This document shows, one piece after another, positions 1 through 8,838 of a DNA stretch of 64,000 bases. A model generated the notes under the pieces. That model saw only the letters and a program-made list of their open reading frames with translations. It was not told where the DNA came from and did not search any database. Within the stretch, counting starts at the first letter, position 1. Each line of letters starts with the position of its first letter. The translations under genes were made by a program, and so were the position numbers. This DNA comes from Candidatus Latescibacterota bacterium. GTDB taxonomy: Bacteria; Latescibacterota; UBA2968; UBA8231. The stretch covers positions 1-64,000 of the forward strand of contig CBDCSU010000004.1 in NCBI GenBank assembly GCA_965221775.1, written 5' to 3'.

Positions 1-2
1 TC

Positions 3-587
3 GACGACGCCTTCCCGGCCGTCCGGGGCGCGCCCGAAGAGAGCGCCGGCCTCTTCGCCGCCGCGGGGCCGCCGGAGAAGCGGGTCCCGGGCGTTCTGGG
101 CGACTACAACCTGGCCCAGCGGTGCCTGAACGAGCACGAGCTCCTCGGCTACATGCTCTCCGGCGACCTGCTCGAGATCCTCGACCTGCACCCGGCCTCG
201 CGGGGCACCGTGCCCATGGGGGACCTGGAGCGCTGCGCGGGGCGGCGCGTCAAGGTCTTCGGCCGCCAGGTCACCGAGCGCATCCACGGCGTCGAGGGCA
301 CCGGCGAGCCGATGATGTTCCTCACCCTCGAGGACAGGAGCGGGACGGCCGACGTGATCCTGTGGCCCGACGTGTTCCAGCGGTCCACCGACGCCGTCCT
401 CGGCGGCGGCCCCTTCGAGGTCCGCGGCCGGGTCGAGGAGGACTGGGGAGCGATCTCCCTGGTGGCCGAGCGGGTGCGGGCGGTGGAGTGGTCGCCGGGC
501 CTGGTGGACCTGGAACTCGCTTCCCGGAAGCTGGCCGACAGCTTCGGCGGGGAATACCGGTACGCCGATGTGGGCGTGGCGGCGTGA
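3..587 (+). CDS. dnaE2: Error-prone DNA polymerase III alpha-type subunit (DnaE2), C-terminal OB-fold part; 5' truncated by window edge
   Basis: Open frame from window start containing EHELLGYMLS and the OB-fold motif 'MMFLTLEDRSGTADVILWPDVF...VRGRVE'; stop overlaps the start of an ImuB-like gene (GTGA). Confidence 0.8.
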   Translation, partial: DDAFPAVRGAPEESAGLFAAAGPPEKRVPGVLGDYNLAQRCLNEHELLGYMLSGDLLEILDLHPASRGTVPMGDLERCAGRRVKVFGRQVTERIHGVEGTGEPMMFLTLEDRSGTADVILWPDVFQRSTDAVLGGGPFEVRGRVEEDWGAISLVAERVRAVEWSPGLVDLELASRKLADSFGGEYRYADVGVAA

Positions 588-1826
588 GCGCCCGCAAGCC
601 GCGGCCGCGGCCGCAACCGCTGTGGCTGTCCGTCGAGGTGGGGCAGTTCGCCGCCCAGGCCCTCGAGCGCGCCCGCCCCGGCCTGCGGGGCTCGGCCTTT
701 GTCGTCCTCCGGCAGAGCCGGGACAGCCACCGGGCGGCGGTGCAGGCGGTCTCCGCCGGCGCGCGTGATCTCGGGGTCGAGCCGGGCACGCTCCTGTTCG
801 CCATGCGCCGCGCCCACCGGGGCCGGGTCGCCGTCGTCGACCGGGACGAGTCCGCCGAGGCCGCCGCCGCCGAGTCCGTGACCGCCGTCCTCGAGCGGTG
901 GACCCCGTCGTTCCGGGCGCGCCGCGGGTGGGCCCGGCTGTCGGCGCTCCTCGACCTCGGCGGCACGCCCGCGGCCCGGGCCGGCGGCTGGCGCGCGGCG
1001 GGGGCCGAGCTTCAGCGCCAGCTCGCCGGCGCCAGCGGCCTGGGCGAGATCGCCGTCGGCGTCTCCACGGCCCGCCTGGTGGCGCGTGTCCTGGGGCGCC
1101 AGGCCTTGCCCGGCGGCGTCGTCCTGTGCGCTCCGGGCGACGAGGACCGCGTCCTGGCGCGCACCGAGCTGGCCGATCTGCCCGGCCTCGGCCCGGTCTG
1201 CCGCGAACGGGCCGCCCGCTACGGCATCCACACGGTGGGCCAGGTGCTGCCCCTCGACCGGCGGGCCCTGCGGCGGCGCTTCGGCCGCCGGACGGGGGAG
1301 CGCCTCTACGGGGTGGTCCGCGGCCTGGAGGTCGAGGCGCGTCCGGGCGCGCCCGGGGCGATCGAGGCCGAGACCGTGCTCCGCGAGGACGCCAACGACG
1401 ACGGCCTGCTGCGCGCGGCCGTGGCCCTCACCGTCGACCGGGCCTGCCACGAGCTGCGGTTGCGCGGCCTGGCCGCAAAGTCCCTGACCCTGCGTATCGC
1501 CTACACCGACGACCGCCGGGCCCGCAGAACGTCGCGGCTTCCCGCGGGCCACCGACGACTTCCCGGTCCTGTGCGCCGCCGCCGAGGAGCTGTTCCGCCG
1601 GATCCACGTGCGCCGCGCCGCGGTCCGGACGATCGCGGCCGTGCCGTCGCGCACCAGTCCGGCCAGCGGCCAGCAGGATCTGTTCGACGGCGAGGCCGGC
1701 CGCCGGCGCCGGTGTCTGGGGGCGGCGATCACCGACATCCGGTCGCGCATGGGGTTCGGCGCCGTCGTCGGCGCCGACGCGCTGGAGGTGGCGGCCTCCG
1801 GACAGGACTTCCTTGACGGAAGATGA
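584..1826 (+). pseudogene. imuB: ImuB/DinB-like Y-family polymerase homologue, split by a +1 frameshift near 1541 (real lesion or sequencing error)
   Basis: GTG at 584; Y-family motifs (ARDLGVEPG, LADLPGLGP, LTLRIAYTD). Homology continues in another frame after ~1541 (ATDDFPVLCAAAEELF...QQDLF...ITDIRSRMGFGAV) to the stop at 1826. Catalytic DMDAF motif is degenerate (VEVGQF). Confidence 0.7.
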
Positions 1827-1942
1827 TCCGCCTTGCTAATTCTGGAGCTTGCGGCGCCGATGGGCGTTGGCGCCTCGCGATCCATCGCCGGGCGGTCTCC
1901 CCCGCCTGCGGTCACCCCCTGGAATTCGCGCCCAAAACCGAC

Positions 1943-3172
1943 GTGGCACGAATCCCCTTCTCCAATTCCGGCACCCGCGTTCTTCGCTTCGCGACGATCG
2001 CCGCCATGCTGTGCTTCGCGGCCATCGCCGCCGTGCTGTGCCTCCCGGGCGCATACGGCGGCTCCACGGTTCCGATCGACACCGAGAGACTGGCACCCGG
2101 CGTCTGGCACCACTCCATCGACCTGGTCGACGGTCCGTGGGCCATCCACGTCGTCGAGATCGACCTGCTCGAGGCGCGCAAGGCCGGCATCCGGCTGCGC
2201 ACCGCGAGACCGCCGGCCGAGGGCCTCGGACTGGTCAGGACGAGCGACCTCGCCGCCGACGCCCTGGCCGCCATCAACGGCGACTTCTTCCAGGCCGGCA
2301 CCCCCGGCCGCCCCCTCGGGGTGCAGATCTCCGAAGGCGAGCTGATCGGCGAGCCCCGCTCGCGCTCCGCCTTCGCCCTGGCTGCCGACGGTCGCCCGCA
2401 GACGGCGGTCTTCGAGCTCGACGCCGGCCTGATCACCCGGTCGGGCCAGGTGCTGCCCCTCTCCCGTCTCAACCGGGCGCCGCGCTCCGACGGTGAGCTC
2501 ACCCTCTACAACCGCCACGCCGGCAGCCGGGAGGACTCGGTGCGGGCGCCGGTGGGGTTCTTCCTCCAGAGCCTCGACGGCACGACCTCCCTGGTCAACG
2601 ACACGGCCGCGGTGCGGGTCGTGCAGATGCGCCGCCAGGCGTGGCCCCTGCTCCTGCAGCGCGGCCAGTGGCTGGTGGCCGGCGGCGCCGACTTCGCCCG
2701 CCAGGCGGCGATCAGCCCCGGGGACACGGTTCATCTATACTGCGCCCTGCCTCCCTCCAAGGGGAGCCTCGACGTGGCCATCGGGGGTGGGCCGCGCATC
2801 ATCCGGGACGGCCGCGTCTCCATCGAGCACGAGCGCGAGCACCTGGGCGAGTCCTTCGCCAACGACCGGCATCCGCGCTCGGCCATCGGACTGTCCCGGG
2901 GCGGGCGCCACGTCTTCCTGGTCACCGTCGACGGCCGGCAGCCCGGCCACAGCGTCGGCATGACCTTGCCCGAGCTGGCCGAGTTGCTGTCCGCCGACCT
3001 GGCCGGCTTCACGAAGAGCCGCCACAACGCCTGGCAGGCGATCAACCTCGACGGAGGCGGATCGACGACCATGGTGGTGCGCGAGCAGGTCGTGAACCGG
3101 CCGTCCGATCAGACCGGCGAACGGCCGGTGGCCAACGCCCTGGTGGTCATGCCGCCGGCGGCCGCCGGCTGA
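1943..3172 (+). CDS. Secreted phosphodiester glycosidase (NAGPA/DUF2233) family protein; start uncertain (1943 or 2006)
   Basis: AAINGDFF, GGGPRI, RHPRSAIG, VTVDGRQ, AINLDGGGSTTM, ERPVANAL motifs; hydrophobic N-terminus. Confidence 0.85.
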   Translation: MARIPFSNSGTRVLRFATIAAMLCFAAIAAVLCLPGAYGGSTVPIDTERLAPGVWHHSIDLVDGPWAIHVVEIDLLEARKAGIRLRTARPPAEGLGLVRTSDLAADALAAINGDFFQAGTPGRPLGVQISEGELIGEPRSRSAFALAADGRPQTAVFELDAGLITRSGQVLPLSRLNRAPRSDGELTLYNRHAGSREDSVRAPVGFFLQSLDGTTSLVNDTAAVRVVQMRRQAWPLLLQRGQWLVAGGADFARQAAISPGDTVHLYCALPPSKGSLDVAIGGGPRIIRDGRVSIEHEREHLGESFANDRHPRSAIGLSRGGRHVFLVTVDGRQPGHSVGMTLPELAELLSADLAGFTKSRHNAWQAINLDGGGSTTMVVREQVVNRPSDQTGERPVANALVVMPPAAAG

Positions 3173-3228
3173 CGGCTCTTCCCAACCGCCGTCTCACAGA
3201 GGTTTCCACTCATCCGCAGGAGGGGAGT

Positions 3229-4299
3229 GTGCCCCGGTTCCGCGCCCAGGACCTGAAGCGACTCGGCCGCGACCTGTTCACCACGGTCGGCGTGCCCCCC
3301 GCGGAGGCCGACCTGGTCTCCGGCCACATGGTCGACTCCGGCCTGCTGGGCCACGACTCCCACTCGGTGCTGCGTTTCCCCCAGTACACGGAGATGGTCC
3401 GCAAGGGGCAGGTGAAGCCCGGCGCCGAGCTCGAGATCCTGCACGACCGGGGCGGCGTGGTGCAGGTCAGCGGCGGCTGGAACTTCGGCCCCGTCACCGC
3501 CACCCGCGCCGCCGAGCTGGCCATCGAGCGCGCCCGGTCCCACGCCATCGTGGCGGTGACCGTCAGGGACTGCAACCACGTGGCGCGGCTGGGGCGCTTC
3601 GTCGACCTCATCGCGCGCGAGGGGAACCTGATCGGGATCCTGTGCGCCAACGGCCACGGCTCCGACCTGGCCGTGGCCCCGTACGGGGGCCGCGAGCGGC
3701 GCCTGCCGACCAATCCCCTGGCCGTGGGCATCCCGACGCGCAGGAGCTGGCCCATCGTCCTCGACATGACGACGAGCATGACCTCCGGCGGCGCCCTGCG
3801 CGACTACCGCAACCGCGGGGCCGCGGCCCCCGAGGGCTCCCTCATCGACGGGCACGGCCGGCTGACGACGGACGTGGAGGACTATTACGGAGACCCGCCG
3901 GGAGCGATGCTGCCTCTCGGGTTTCCCGTGGTCGGCCACAAGGGATTCGGGCTGGCCCTCGTCATCGACATCCTGGCCGGCGGCCTCTCGGGCGGCGGCT
4001 GCAGCCAGGCCGATCCGCCCGAGACCGGCAACGCCCTGTTCTTCACGGTCTACGACATCGCCGCCTTCCGCGGCCTCGACGACTTTCTCGGAGAGGTGGA
4101 CGACTTCATCGACTGGCTCAAGTCCTGTCCGCCCATGGAGGGCTTCGAGGAGGTCATGCTTCCGGGCGAGAACTCGCACCGCATCCACGAGGGCCGGCAG
4201 AGAGAGGGGATGGAGGTGGACGACACCGCCTGGGGCCAGATCGCGGCCCTGGCCGGGGAGCTGGGGGTGAACCTCCCCGACCCCGTCGAAGGCCCCTGA
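3229..4299 (+). CDS. Ldh_2 family (type 2 malate/L-lactate) oxidoreductase
   Basis: GHDSHSVLR, NHVARLG, TNPLAVG, LDMTTS, GHKGFGL, VMLPGE motifs; GTG after AGGAGG. Confidence 0.9.
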   Translation: MPRFRAQDLKRLGRDLFTTVGVPPAEADLVSGHMVDSGLLGHDSHSVLRFPQYTEMVRKGQVKPGAELEILHDRGGVVQVSGGWNFGPVTATRAAELAIERARSHAIVAVTVRDCNHVARLGRFVDLIAREGNLIGILCANGHGSDLAVAPYGGRERRLPTNPLAVGIPTRRSWPIVLDMTTSMTSGGALRDYRNRGAAAPEGSLIDGHGRLTTDVEDYYGDPPGAMLPLGFPVVGHKGFGLALVIDILAGGLSGGGCSQADPPETGNALFFTVYDIAAFRGLDDFLGEVDDFIDWLKSCPPMEGFEEVMLPGENSHRIHEGRQREGMEVDDTAWGQIAALAGELGVNLPDPVEGP

Positions 4300-4327
4300 C
4301 CCGCGGTCCGGCAAGAGGAGGAAGAGG

Positions 4328-5332
4328 ATGGGCAAGCAGCTTCGGATCGCCGTCGTGGGGATGGGCGGCATCGGCAACAACCACGCCAGGTGCTACCAGG
4401 CCAACCCCCACGCCGAGGTGGTGGCCGTGTGCGACGTCAGCCAGGAGCGGGCCGACGCGGCGGCCTCGGCCCACGGGGCGCAGGCGTTCTACAGCGTCCG
4501 CCGCATGCTCAACAGCGGCCTCGCCATCGATGCCGCCAGCGTCGCCACGGCGGGGGTGGAGAACGGCGGCGACCACTACACGCCGACGATGCAGCTGCTG
4601 AAGGCGGGGATCCCGGTGCTGGGGGAAAAGCCGATCTCCAACGAGATCCCCAAGGCCCGCCGCCTGGTGCGGCTGGCCCGCGAGATGGGCCTGCCCTACG
4701 GCATCAACCTCAACCACCGGTTCACGCCGGCGGCGGTGAAGGCCCGGGAGTGGCTCGAGCAGGGCCGGCTGGGGGAGCTGCACATGGTCAACATGACGAT
4801 GTGGATCAACAACCCCAACGAGTCCTCGCCGTGGTTCCACATCCGCGCCCTGCACCCCCACTCCCTCGACGTGATGCGCTACTTCGCCGGCGACCTGGAG
4901 CGGGTGCAGGCGTTCTTCAAGAAGGGCGAGGGGCGCAGGATCTGGTCGAATGTGCAGGCCAACCTGCTCTTCGCCAACGGCGTCATCGGCCATCTCACCG
5001 GATCGTACGACGCCGGCGGCAGCTACGGCCTGGAAACCCTCGAGGTGGTCGGATCCAAGGGCCGCGTGGTCATCGAGGAGGCCTGCGAGCGGCTGACCTT
5101 CTACCCCCGGTTCTCGAAGGAGGTGGAGAGCTACGACCACCCCGGCGGGATGATGGGCTTCGCCGACACCTTCCCGTCGCGGATCGGCGCCTGGATCGAC
5201 GATCTGCGGAAGGGCACGCCCCCGGACGAGGTCGACGCCAAGGCCGAGGACGCCCTCAAGGTGCAACTCGCCATCGAGAGCATCATCCAGAGCTGGCAGA
5301 AAGGCCGCGTCGTCAAGGTGCCGCAGCGGTGA
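4328..5332 (+). CDS. Gfo/Idh/MocA family oxidoreductase
   Basis: IAVVGMGGIG Rossmann motif, VLGEKP, NHRFTP. Confidence 0.9.
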   Translation: MGKQLRIAVVGMGGIGNNHARCYQANPHAEVVAVCDVSQERADAAASAHGAQAFYSVRRMLNSGLAIDAASVATAGVENGGDHYTPTMQLLKAGIPVLGEKPISNEIPKARRLVRLAREMGLPYGINLNHRFTPAAVKAREWLEQGRLGELHMVNMTMWINNPNESSPWFHIRALHPHSLDVMRYFAGDLERVQAFFKKGEGRRIWSNVQANLLFANGVIGHLTGSYDAGGSYGLETLEVVGSKGRVVIEEACERLTFYPRFSKEVESYDHPGGMMGFADTFPSRIGAWIDDLRKGTPPDEVDAKAEDALKVQLAIESIIQSWQKGRVVKVPQR

Positions 5333-5348
5333 GCGCAGCCCCGCGGGC

Positions 5349-7088
5349 TCAGCCGGCGGCCAGCGGCCCCTTCGGCGTCTCGGCGTTGTAGAGACCGCCC
5401 CTGCGCTCGTAGTCGACACCGACGCGACCGTCCTCCACCACCAGCCGCGGCACGTTGCCGTTGTGGTTGTCCCGGTCGGGGCCGCGCATGACGGCCAGCT
5501 GGGCGTCGGTCATCCCCTCCACAAGATCCCCCCAGCGCGCTGAAGGGTGCACCATCTCTCCGCCGGAGCGGTTGAAGTTCCGGGAGGAGTACTTGACGAG
5601 GATCCCCCGGCGCGGGACCTCGCTCCGCCAGGCCAGGGTGCCGTGGGTCTGGGCGCCGTCCATGAACAGCAGCACGTCCCCGGCCCGGAAGGTGGGGTGG
5701 GCCACCAGTCCCATGTGGTCGTCGCAGGTGCGCACCCCGTCCGGCATGGGGTACTGCGCCTTGTGGCTGCCGGGCACGCAGGCGAAGCCGCCGTCCTCCT
5801 CGCCCAGGTCGCGCAGCTGCCAGGTGACGGTGACCGCCTCGCAGTAGCTGCGCCCGTTCCTGAAGACGTACGAGCGGCTGGGGTTCAGCGGCTCGTTGGC
5901 GTCGTGCAGGGCGTGGCCCGAGGTGCCCTTGACGGCGCAGAAGGCGGCGGGCTGGTCGCAGCGGAAGCCGCTGCCGCCCATCCAGGTGAGGCGCTGGACC
6001 ACGGCGGGATGGGCGACCATGCGGCGGAAGGGCTCGCACCAGGGCGCCGGCAGCTGCAGCAGGCCCCCGAGGGTGGGGCGTCCCGTGCCGGCCAGGGACT
6101 TCGAGCCGCGGGCCAGCTCCTCCCCGACGACGATGCGGTCCTCGAAGCGGTCGATCGCCTCGTTGGCCAGGGCCAGGTCGTCCGGGTCCATCACCTGGCG
6201 CAGGACGAGGTGGCCGCACAGGTCCCAGAAGAACAGCTCGTCGTGGTCGATGCCGCTGGCCGGGTCGGGGGCCAGGAAGGAGGGGTGCACAGGTTCCGGC
6301 GATTCCGAGACCCGGGTGCCGCCGCCGTCGGCGGCCAGCACCGGCGGGGGCGTGTCGGCGCGGCGGCCGGGCCGGTAGAGCACGGCGCGCTGATCCGGCG
6401 CCAGCTCGTCGTGCCAGTCCGGGCGGCCCGGCTCGCCGGCCTGCGGTCCGGTGCCGGACTCGAGGCAGACGCCGCGGGCGGCGAAGCCGTAGTCGAGCAG
6501 GCGCAGGGGGCCGCGGCCCTTCCAGGGGCGCAGCCCGTGCATGACCGTGTCGGCCAGCAGCAGCAGGTCACCGGCCCGCAGCCGGATCCCGCGCACCAGG
6601 CCCAGGTCGCGCTCGCCCTCCAGGAATCCGGGGGGCGGAGGCACGTTGGTCTTGTGGCTCGCCTGCACGAAGACCAGGCCGCCGTCGCCCTCCTCGACGT
6701 CGGAGAGGGCCCAGAGGGCGCGCACCAGCTGGCACTGGCGGCGGTGGTTCTGGTGGTAGTAGGCCCGCGCCGGGTCGCGGGGCTCGTCGCCGCCGGAAAG
6801 GGTGCCGTCGAGGGCGGTGCCGGCAGCCGGGTCGTCGGAGATCAGCCGCGGCAGCTGTTCCAGGCGGAACCCGGTGCCGCAGATCTCGTTCAGGTAATCC
6901 ACCAGGACCGGGTGCACGAGCAGGTCGCGGAAGGGCTCGCGCTCCTTCCCCGGCCAGCCGAGCATCCCCTCCGGCCGTCCGACGCGGTCGAGAGCCGAGT
7001 CGAGGGCCAGCACCTCCCGAGGCTGCAGAGCGCCCCTCACGACCAGGTAACCGCCGACGTCGAAGCAGTAGCTTTCCTCGTTGGTCAT
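5349..7088 (-). CDS. Phytanoyl-CoA dioxygenase (PhyH)-like protein with two tandem domains
   Basis: Two repeats of 'F/WD..G.LV.R...L', 'GG...V.GSHK' and 'AGD.LL....HG...W'; ATG (MTNEE) overlaps upstream stop. Confidence 0.85.
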   Translation of the reverse strand: MTNEESYCFDVGGYLVVRGALQPREVLALDSALDRVGRPEGMLGWPGKEREPFRDLLVHPVLVDYLNEICGTGFRLEQLPRLISDDPAAGTALDGTLSGGDEPRDPARAYYHQNHRRQCQLVRALWALSDVEEGDGGLVFVQASHKTNVPPPPGFLEGERDLGLVRGIRLRAGDLLLLADTVMHGLRPWKGRGPLRLLDYGFAARGVCLESGTGPQAGEPGRPDWHDELAPDQRAVLYRPGRRADTPPPVLAADGGGTRVSESPEPVHPSFLAPDPASGIDHDELFFWDLCGHLVLRQVMDPDDLALANEAIDRFEDRIVVGEELARGSKSLAGTGRPTLGGLLQLPAPWCEPFRRMVAHPAVVQRLTWMGGSGFRCDQPAAFCAVKGTSGHALHDANEPLNPSRSYVFRNGRSYCEAVTVTWQLRDLGEEDGGFACVPGSHKAQYPMPDGVRTCDDHMGLVAHPTFRAGDVLLFMDGAQTHGTLAWRSEVPRRGILVKYSSRNFNRSGGEMVHPSARWGDLVEGMTDAQLAVMRGPDRDNHNGNVPRLVVEDGRVGVDYERRGGLYNAETPKGPLAAG

Positions 7089-7936
7089 CCCGTCTCTCCC
7101 ATGGCCCGCGTGATCGCCTCGATCGCCTTCCTCGCGTCGCCGACCCGGTCGTCCCCCCACTCCCGCTCCACCAGCAGGTCGCCGGTGTAGCCGCCCTCGG
7201 CCAGGGTCCGGATGAAGGCGGGCCAGTCGACCTGGCCCTCGCCGACGACGGCCTCGGCGCCCCACTCGCCGGGCGTCACGGTGCGGACGGCGTCCTTGAT
7301 GTGGATCGACCGCACCCGCGGCAGGAGCCTGCGCAGCGCCTCGATCGGGTCGCCCTTGTCGTAGAGGATCATGTTGGCGGGGTCGAAGTTGACGCCCAGG
7401 TTGCTCACGCCTCGAGCCTCGATGTGGTCGAAGAAGGACCACAGGTCGTCGGCCGTCTCCTGGCCCGTCTCGAAGAGCAGGTCGATGCCCTGGTCGCCGA
7501 AGATCCCGGCCACGACCTCGATGCGGTCGGCGAGCTTGCGGAACCCGGCGCTCTCCATGTCGTGGGGCAGGAAGCCGGCGTGGAACGAGACCAGGGGCAG
7601 CCCGAGTTCCCGGGCCTTGGCCGCGGCCCTGCGGGCCACCTGCTGGTTGGCCTCCCAGTGCTGGTCGGGGACGATGCCGCCCGTGCGCCGGATCGTCTCC
7701 ATCGTCGTGTAGTCCTCGCCCACGGTGCCGAACATGCCCGAGACGACGCGGGCGCCGATCCGGGCGAGAGCCTCGGGGACGCCGTCGACGAGGCCGGCGT
7801 CGTCGCGGTGGGGGACCAGGCCGAGCTGCAGCTTCTTGACGCCCAGCTCCTCCATGATGGCGGCCATGTGGCCGGCGTCGCGGGGCCGCATCGACCAGCT
7901 GCAGAGGCCGAGCCGCTCCGGGGTCCGGGGGGTCAT
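7085..7936 (-). CDS. Sugar phosphate isomerase/epimerase (xylose isomerase-like TIM barrel)
   Basis: LLFETGQE, GVNFDPANMILY, HIKDA, VGEGQVDW, LLVERE motifs. Confidence 0.88.
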   Translation of the reverse strand: MTPRTPERLGLCSWSMRPRDAGHMAAIMEELGVKKLQLGLVPHRDDAGLVDGVPEALARIGARVVSGMFGTVGEDYTTMETIRRTGGIVPDQHWEANQQVARRAAAKARELGLPLVSFHAGFLPHDMESAGFRKLADRIEVVAGIFGDQGIDLLFETGQETADDLWSFFDHIEARGVSNLGVNFDPANMILYDKGDPIEALRRLLPRVRSIHIKDAVRTVTPGEWGAEAVVGEGQVDWPAFIRTLAEGGYTGDLLVEREWGDDRVGDARKAIEAITRAMGETG

Positions 7937-8700
7937 GTATCTCTCCCCGGCTGCGGTTCCAGCCGTCCGCGGAGGATGTCGTCGACGATCTCGCAGAGGC
8001 AGTTGGCGATCGCCTCGAGCATGCGTTCGCCCTTCTCGGCGCTGGCCGCCGTGGGGTCTCCGAAGTGGCCCCGGGGGCTGACCTCCTCGAGCATGTGGAA
8101 CCGCTGCACCTGGCTCTCGTGGGCGGAGGGGGCGCGCACGCCGCCGCGGGTCATGCGGTCGGTGCGCACCAGGCCGGGATGGAGGTGCAGCATCAACGAG
8201 GTCTCGGTCTCGCCGGCGTGGCCGGAGCCGTCCGCTCCGGCGGTGCGCACCTCGTCCAGCCCCGCCTGCGCCACCTCCCACCAGGAGGCGCCGTAGACGC
8301 GGGCCTCCATGTGGCGCTCGCGCAGGTCCTGCAGGGCGACCCGCATGTCGGCCTGGTTGCCGCCGTGGCCGTTGAGGATCAGGACCTTGTCGAAGCCGGC
8401 CCTCACCAGGCCGTCCACCGTCTCCACGATCATGCTCACGTGGGTCCCGGAGGTGGCTGTCAGGCTGCCGCCGAAGTGGATGTGGTGGAAGGAGTAGCCC
8501 AGCCACTGCGTGGGCAGGACGACGATGCGGTCGCCGGCGCGCTCCTCCATGGCGGCGGTGATGCCTTCGCACTCCAGGGTGTCGGTGAGCAGGGGCAGGT
8601 GGTCGCCGTGCTGCTCGAAGGACGCGATCGGGTAGACGGCGACGAAGCGCTCGCGGTCGAGGTCGCCGATCTCGGGCCAGGTCATCTCGCCAAGCTTCAT
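7933..8700 (-). CDS. Creatininase family amidohydrolase
   Basis: EQHGDHLPLLTD, LNGHGGN, GHAGETETS, GDPTAASAEKG. Confidence 0.92.
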   Translation of the reverse strand: MKLGEMTWPEIGDLDRERFVAVYPIASFEQHGDHLPLLTDTLECEGITAAMEERAGDRIVVLPTQWLGYSFHHIHFGGSLTATSGTHVSMIVETVDGLVRAGFDKVLILNGHGGNQADMRVALQDLRERHMEARVYGASWWEVAQAGLDEVRTAGADGSGHAGETETSLMLHLHPGLVRTDRMTRGGVRAPSAHESQVQRFHMLEEVSPRGHFGDPTAASAEKGERMLEAIANCLCEIVDDILRGRLEPQPGRDT

Positions 8701-8775
8701 CTTCCTCGTCCTTTGGCTGAGTCGTGAGGGAGCGGCGGCAAGGATATGGAATCAAGGATTGCGGGGCACGCCGGG

Positions 8776-8803
8776 TTGACGGGAGTTCGATGGCGGCTAG
8801 ACT
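8776..8803 (+). promoter_or_regulatory. Sigma70-type promoter TTGACG-N16-TAGACT
   Basis: Near-consensus hexamers in the divergent intergenic region, 35 nt upstream of ATG 8839. Confidence 0.5.
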
Positions 8804-8838
8804 CGCTCGGCTCCTCACCACGAGCAGGGAGGCGGACG

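Noticed and set aside
1987-2043. 27-bp tandem repeat encoding FATIAAMLC/FAAIAAVLC
   Set aside because: Simple in-frame duplication inside a signal-peptide region; only two copies.
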